Source of the DNA: Bellilinea caldifistulae
GTDB lineage: Bacteria; Chloroflexota; Anaerolineae; Anaerolineales; Anaerolineaceae
Assembly: GCF_001306055.1 (NCBI RefSeq)
Contig: NZ_LGHJ01000011.1
Coordinates: 1-32,000, forward strand
DNA length: 32,000 bases
Direction of reading: 5' to 3'
Notes under the pieces: model-generated
Databases searched by the model: none
Told to the model about the DNA's origin: nothing
Seen by the model: the letters and a program-made list of their open reading frames with translations, nothing else
Shown here: positions 24,543-30,000 of the stretch, piece after piece
Layout of the letters: each line of letters opens with the position of its first letter
Position numbering within the stretch: the stretch's first letter is position 1
Position numbers and translations under genes: made by a program

Positions 24543-24595
24543 GGTAAGGTGCGATGCCCTTGCGGGTAGGTCACTCCTACTGGACTTGCACCAGT
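24543..24595 (-). repeat. Complete copy of the intergenic hairpin module
   Basis: Plus strand: GGTAAGGTGC-GAT-GCCC-TTGC-GGGT-AGG-TCACTCCT-ACTGG-ACTTGCA-CCAGT. Confidence 0.6.
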
Positions 24596-24656
24596 ATTTC
24601 GCACTCTGCGGAGTGGTGAATTTGGAGAGGGGCTTGTGGCCGCTCTCCGGGGGGAC

Positions 24657-24818
24657 TTACCGCCTGCGGTTCGTCAGGATTGCCAGTAACGCTTCTCGCT
24701 CCTCTTGGTCTCTTGCCTTCTGTATCAGCCGATAGAGCAGATATTTTTGGGAAAGGTCGTAAGCAATCAGCAGCACGGCAAGGACGATCAGCAGGGGTAT
24801 CACTTCGGTCAGGTTCAC
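24657..24818 (-). CDS. Possible small single-pass membrane protein (53 aa, GTG start)
   Basis: AAAGGAGG lies 10 nt upstream of the GTG. (V)NLTEVIPLLIVLAVLLIAYDL is a TM helix, followed by a basic/acidic tail. The rest of the listed 159-aa ORF is leader. Confidence 0.4.
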   Translation of the reverse strand: MNLTEVIPLLIVLAVLLIAYDLSQKYLLYRLIQKARDQEEREALLAILTNRRR

Positions 24819-25027
24819 ATTTGGCTCACCTCCTTTCGTTCCCCACGCCGGGGGAAGAGAGCAGCCCTCTCCCGCCGGAATGGAGAACGAAAGAGACTTG
24901 TCCCAGTGGACACCGGTGAGGGTGAACCGCTCGATTGTAAAAGTCCCGCCACGGGCTTTGTCAGCCGGTGGAATGTGGCTGTCCGGGAGTTGCACCCGAA
25001 AGCGGCTTTGACCGTCAGCCGATAACG

Positions 25028-25072
25028 AAAAAGCCCGTTGGCAAATGCTTTCACATTCGTCCAACGGGCTTT
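25028..25072 (-). terminator. Strong rho-independent terminator
   Basis: On the minus strand: AAAGCCCGTTGG-19 nt-CCAACGGGCTTTTTCGTT. Confidence 0.65.
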
Positions 25073-25195
25073 GTGGCCGGTTTGACGCTCTTTCAGGCGG
25101 AGGGTCTTGTGGACGCTCCTGTCCGTATTGTAGCAAAAGTCAAAACCGCACGCAAGTAATCTGATCTCGAATTGTATATTATTCCTGTTTGGCGC

Positions 25196-25224
25196 TTGAC
25201 GCCAAGCGTTGTGCGCTATATAAT
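25196..25224 (+). promoter_or_regulatory. Near-consensus sigma-70 promoter of higBA (probably leaderless)
   Basis: TTGACG (25196-25201), 17-nt spacer, TATAAT (25219-25224). The GTG start at 25231 is only 6 nt downstream and no SD is present. Confidence 0.7.
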
Positions 25225-25230
25225 AATCCT

Positions 25231-25515
25231 GTGATCAAGAGCTTCAAGGACGAAGAAACCCTGAAGATTTATCGCCGCGAGCGTTCTCGCAAGCTGCCTC
25301 TGGAAATCCAACAAGTCGCTCTGCGAAAATTGCGTATGTTGAACAACGCCACCTCTTTGAACGATTTACGCGTGCCACCCGGCAACCGCCTGGAAAAACT
25401 CAGCGGTGACCGCGATGGACAATGGTGCATTCGTATCAACGATCAATGGCGCATTTGTTTTGTCTGGCAGGAAGATCATGCTTATCAGGTTGAAATCGTG
25501 GATTATCACCGATAG
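25231..25515 (+). CDS. higB: HigB/RelE-family toxin (plasmid maintenance system killer type)
   Basis: (V)IKSFKDEETLKIYRRE...LRMLNNATSLNDLRVPPGNRLEKLSGDRDGQWCIRINDQWRICFVW...VEIVDYH is the canonical HigB pattern. It is followed by the cognate HTH antitoxin. Confidence 0.85.
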   Translation: MIKSFKDEETLKIYRRERSRKLPLEIQQVALRKLRMLNNATSLNDLRVPPGNRLEKLSGDRDGQWCIRINDQWRICFVWQEDHAYQVEIVDYHR

Positions 25516-25520
25516 AGAGG

Positions 25521-25838
25521 ATGATGATGAGCGAAAAGTTACATCCCATTCACCCCGGTGAGGTTCTTCTGGAAGAGTTCCTCAAACCGCTGAATTTGAG
25601 CCAGCACCGTCTGGCGATTGAGATCGGCGTGGACCCGCGCCGCATCAATGAAATCGTCCTGGGGGAACGCAGTATCACCGCCGACACCGCCCTGCGGCTC
25701 GGACGTTATTTTGGGGTTTCACCTCAGTTCTGGATGGGGTTACAGGCCGAATATGATCTAGATGTGGCTTTGGACAAACTGGGTGAACGCCTGGAACGAG
25801 AAGTCCGACCGCGCCGGGTCACCCCCACTGCTGCTTGA
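25521..25838 (+). CDS. higA: HigA-family antitoxin (XRE-type HTH, VapI-like)
   Basis: HPGEVLLEEFLKPLNLSQHRLAIEIGVDPRRINEIVLGERSITADTALRLGRYFGVSPQFWMGLQAEYDL. Confidence 0.9.
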   Translation: MMMSEKLHPIHPGEVLLEEFLKPLNLSQHRLAIEIGVDPRRINEIVLGERSITADTALRLGRYFGVSPQFWMGLQAEYDLDVALDKLGERLEREVRPRRVTPTAA

Positions 25839-25848
25839 TGGGATCATC

Positions 25849-26667
25849 TCACACCCCCTCCACTGCATCCTGTATTCGCTCCGCAGTCGGGTGCAGGTAA
25901 CGCCCGGTCGTTTCAATCCGGGAATGTCCCAGAATCGCCGCAAGCGTGGCCACATCCACCCCCTTTTCAATCGCACGGGTGGCAAAGGTGTGCCGTAAGG
26001 TGTGCGGGGTGGCTTCCACCCCGGCGATCCGCGCATACTCCGCTACCATGCGCTGCACATCCCGCTCCGCAAGCGGCCCACTGCTGCGGGAGAGAAACAG
26101 CCAATCCTCCGTCACCTTCGGTCTTTCGTCCAGCCAGGCTTTCAAAGCCTGACGCACCTCGCCGTTCAATGGCACACGGCGGGTCTTGTTACCCTTGCCG
26201 CCTCTCACCGTCAACCAGCCCGAACGCCCGTTCATCTCGACATCTCCCAGCCGCAGGCGCACCACCTCACCCACCCGCAAGCCTGCCCGTGCCATCAGGT
26301 TCAGGATGGCGGTGTCCCGCTGGCTGCCTTCGGCGGCGGCAAACAGCCTGCCCAACTCACGGGCGGAGAGAGCTTTGAGGGGCGGGGTGACCTGCTTTGG
26401 ACCTTTCACCTTCAAGGTGCGCCCCAGGTGGCGCAAGAGCGAGCGGATGGCTGCCAGGCGTAGATTGACGCTGGCCGGTGAGAGCCTGCGAACGGTTTGC
26501 AGGTAGGCGGTGTAGTCCTTCACTTCAACGGCGGTGAGCAGGTTCCAGTCCACGCCTGCGCCGGTGGTGCTGGTGTACCACTCGGCAAATTCGTCCAGTG
26601 CAGAGCGATAGCGTTCTGCCGTGCGGGGGCTGGTGAGGATTGACAGGAAGTCCTCTATGGGGTTCAT
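25849..26667 (-). CDS. Tyrosine recombinase (XerC/XerD-like integrase)
   Basis: 272 aa. N-terminal core-binding domain (TAERYRSALDEFAEWY...YLQ). Catalytic ARAGLRVGEV, TPHTLRHTFAT, LGHSRIETTGRYLH. Confidence 0.9.
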   Translation of the reverse strand: MNPIEDFLSILTSPRTAERYRSALDEFAEWYTSTTGAGVDWNLLTAVEVKDYTAYLQTVRRLSPASVNLRLAAIRSLLRHLGRTLKVKGPKQVTPPLKALSARELGRLFAAAEGSQRDTAILNLMARAGLRVGEVVRLRLGDVEMNGRSGWLTVRGGKGNKTRRVPLNGEVRQALKAWLDERPKVTEDWLFLSRSSGPLAERDVQRMVAEYARIAGVEATPHTLRHTFATRAIEKGVDVATLAAILGHSRIETTGRYLHPTAERIQDAVEGV

Positions 26668-26694
26668 TGGTGCGGTTTCCTCTCGTTAAAAACA

Positions 26695-26861
26695 TTGTGC
26701 GACGCAGTTTAGAGGGGTTTTTAGCCCCAAAAACGGGGGTTTTGAGGGGTTTTTGGGGTGTTTTGGGTCGTACAATGTGTATTGTACGACTATGTTGTGC
26801 GACGTGCAAAATGAGCCGATTGCACCTGAATTCTAAGGATTTGTTAACCTGTTGTTAACCT
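26695..26861. promoter_or_regulatory. Repeat-rich region upstream of the integrase (candidate arm-type/att sites and G-tract block)
   Basis: TTGTGCGACG at 26695-26704 and 26795-26804, exactly 100 bp apart. Palindrome GTCGTACAAT-GTGT-ATTGTACGAC at 26767-26790. Tandem TTGTTAACCT at 26841-26850 and 26852-26861. G-tracts at 26735-26767. Confidence 0.5.
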
Positions 26862-27036
26862 ATGCAACCTCAAAAATACCCTTACGGAAGCCTCCCTGGC
26901 AGCCTGCCCCTGAGTATCATAAAGAAAAGAAGCTTTTTTTCAACTTGAACTTGCCACTTCGACACCGCCCGATTGTTTCATCAAAAAATCACTATGGTTT
27001 GGCAGGCGAGAGTGAAACGATCGGGAGGTTTTCCTG

Positions 27037-30000
27037 ATGAACCCTATTTTGAACCTTCTTATTGTTCTAGTCCTTGTTCTCAACCCCTTTCTGACATCCT
27101 TCATCCCGCTCGGCACTTCCGTACCACCCAAGGGTTATTCAATACCTGATAACATCAATCGCCTCCTCGATTCTCTCCAGCAACAATCATCCCCTTTACC
27201 ATCCCCAGAACCCAATCCAACCCAAGAAATCACCCCGTCACCTCCTAACGAGGGGGAAGAATCCATCAACCCAACGGTGGATTTCACCCCCACACCTTCC
27301 CCGGCAATCCCGCCCGCAGCAAACGAAACCCCTACGCCGCCCCTCCAGGAAACGCAACCGACAGATATCCTGTCGTTTCAAGAGATACTGAGACAGGGTT
27401 TTTTCATCGAAGTCGCTTCTCCCTTGCTGGTCGAAAATGAAAAAATCCTCTTGCGATGGCATTTCCCGGAAACCTTCTCCACCAATGTCGGTGAACTTCG
27501 TCTTCAAATCATCCTGCCGCAGGGAATTCAACCATCCGAAGGGCAGGATGGCAAATGGGAAGAACCCATCTTTACACTTTACCCAAAAGAAACACAGGGA
27601 GAATTAATTCTGATCCCGCAAAAAGTGGAGGATAACCTGCTGGAGATTCGCGCAACCGGTTGGGTAAATGATGATCCCATCTTTTCGGATAACCTCTTTC
27701 TGGCCCGACCCAATTTAGTTGCGGGTATAACCGAAGCCAGGGCAGTAGATGCCCAAAATCGTGTTTCGGTAAGTTTTCCATCCGAATCTTTTTCAGAGGA
27801 ACTTTCGGTGGTGATCCTGCCGGTCTCGGACAAGCATAGATGGATCAGCGGTGCAGACCAGACAGCCTTTGAGATCCTTGCCATCAACAAGGCAGGTGAA
27901 ACGGTAAAACACTTCGAAAAACCGCTAAAAATCGAAGTCCAATATGACCCCGAATTGTATGGTGGCAACGAAGCAGCCCTTTATCTCTCCTACTTGGACG
28001 AAGAAAAAATGGAGTGGCTCTACCTGCCCAGTCGAGCAGATGCCGAAACCCATATTCTAACCGCATATACCGATCACTTCACCCTGTTCAACCTCAATTC
28101 CGACAACCTGCAGTCCCCGCTCATGAACCGGCCGGAAAGTTTTCAAGTCGCCGATTTCACCGGGGCAGGAACCTTCTCTATCCCAATCAATCTGCCACCC
28201 GGGCCGGGTGGTTTTCAACCTTCCTTGTCCCTCGAATACAACAGCCAGATCGTAGATACCGCCAACATTGTTACGCAGGCCAATTGGGTCGGCATGGGTT
28301 GGTCACTGGATGTTCCGTATATCTTCAGAGACATGCACGGCACTTCTTCGGATACCAGTGATGATACTTTTCATCTGATCCTTAACGGCGTGTCCCATCG
28401 CCTTTTGAAGGATGCCAACGGCGTTTATCACACCGAAAGTGAAACCTTCATCAAGATCAATTATTACCAGTACACCTCATACGAACCCTGGTGGGAGGTG
28501 TGGGACAAAGAGGGTAACCGCTACCTCTTTGGACAACGATATGTCCATTTCCGCGACGCTCCCGATAATCGCTACATCAGCCGCTATCTTCGTATAAGAG
28601 GGCAGGATTGGGCATTTGAAAACTACCGCTGGTCGGTCAATACCATCACTAACAAGTTCGGCAAGGAAATTCGCTTTACATATACCGAGTTTACCAAGCC
28701 GGTCGACCGCGATGACAATGGCTATAACGATGATTATTACGACCGTTCGGTGCTTCCCGAGTCGATCATCTACCCGAATAACCGTTATCGGGTATTCTTT
28801 ACCTTTGCTCATGATCGAACCGACTACCGCACCTGGTGGGACAGCACGCCGCTCAATTTCTTCTACGACAAAAGTCGTCTGGTTTCTCTAAAAATCCAAC
28901 ACAATCCCGACGGCAATCCCGCTTTCACCAACGCCACCACCGTATATCAATACAATTTCTTCTACAATCTGGACAACGTCTCCGGCATGAGTTCTGCCCC
29001 CATCTTCCCTAACTATACCTGGGAGGCCGGTGGAAAGACGCTGGCACTGAATGCCGTGCAACTGGTTGCCTTTGACAGCAATAATCAGCCCTCTTATCAG
29101 CCCATGGTCAAATTTTATTACAATGATCAAATGCATCTGACCAAAGTGGACAATGGTTTCGGGGGCATTTACGAATTCACCTACTCCCGATGGTACTCGT
29201 GGGCGAGTCCGGGCAGTGATTTCGATAACGGCAACCCATGGGATAACCCTAACTTCCCCGCCGTTTGGAGAAAAAATCTCAGCCATTACATCCAACCCGG
29301 CCAGGATTTGAACAATGTAGTCGAATATGAGTGGGGGATTGGCAGTGAGGATATGCTCGTCAGAACTCAATTCCCGTATAAGGAATATCAAAATGTCTTC
29401 CTGGGCAGTCAATATGAATTGCACATCAAAATTCAAATGCCCGCAATCGCTCCAAATCCTTCCTCGATGAATCTTTTCATCGGCATGGATGATGGGCTGG
29501 GAAACACCTACAACACTGGCGGACAAACCGGGATGGATGTTTTCCCAATGAGCAAACCAAATAACGCCACGCTCAATCTCAACTTAAGTTATACCCTTCC
29601 TGCTTCTTCCCGACCCGTCAACTGGGCCAATAACGGCAGTGGTCTAACCAAATTTCGCATTGGCTGCCGCTGGTCCCCCAATAATTATTGCCGTCTCATC
29701 GAACTGCAATTCCGCCGATTACCCACTTACTACCGCGTGAGCAGCAGAAAATTGACCGAGCAGATCACCGGCAAAAGCTACACGTTTTCCTACACCTACG
29801 AAGGCGCTTCGATGAACAACGAAATCGGTTTCGGCGAGTTCAACCAACCATTATCTACATTTTACGACCCACCCTTCACCGTCTTTCGCGGTCACAAGAA
29901 AGTCATCCAGATCGGCCCCGATCAACGTAAAACAACTACCGAGTTCTACCAGCTCACCAAAGACCGGCCTTATTACAGTGAATTCTATGTAACCGGCTCG

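Noticed and set aside
24174-24569. ORFs 24174-24416 (-), 24208-24429 (+) and 24324-24569 (+) in the long spacer.
   Set aside because: They are Arg/Pro/Gly-rich with no SD. The only good SD (AAAGGAGG near 24330-24345, minus strand) is followed by an 8-codon GTG frame. The tract is better explained as structured non-coding sequence.
18800-25000. Integron-like cassette array. The GTTAAGG core resembles the attC R' consensus GTTRRRY, the genes are co-oriented, and a tyrosine recombinase sits at one end.
   Set aside because: The recombinase is only 272 aa and XerC/D-like, with no sign of the extra IntI-specific segment. I could not find paired inverted R''/R' cores 60-140 nt apart at gene ends. 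Each gene has its own SD and long leader, and the gene content is phage-like. I keep it only as a remote alternative within the hairpin-module finding.
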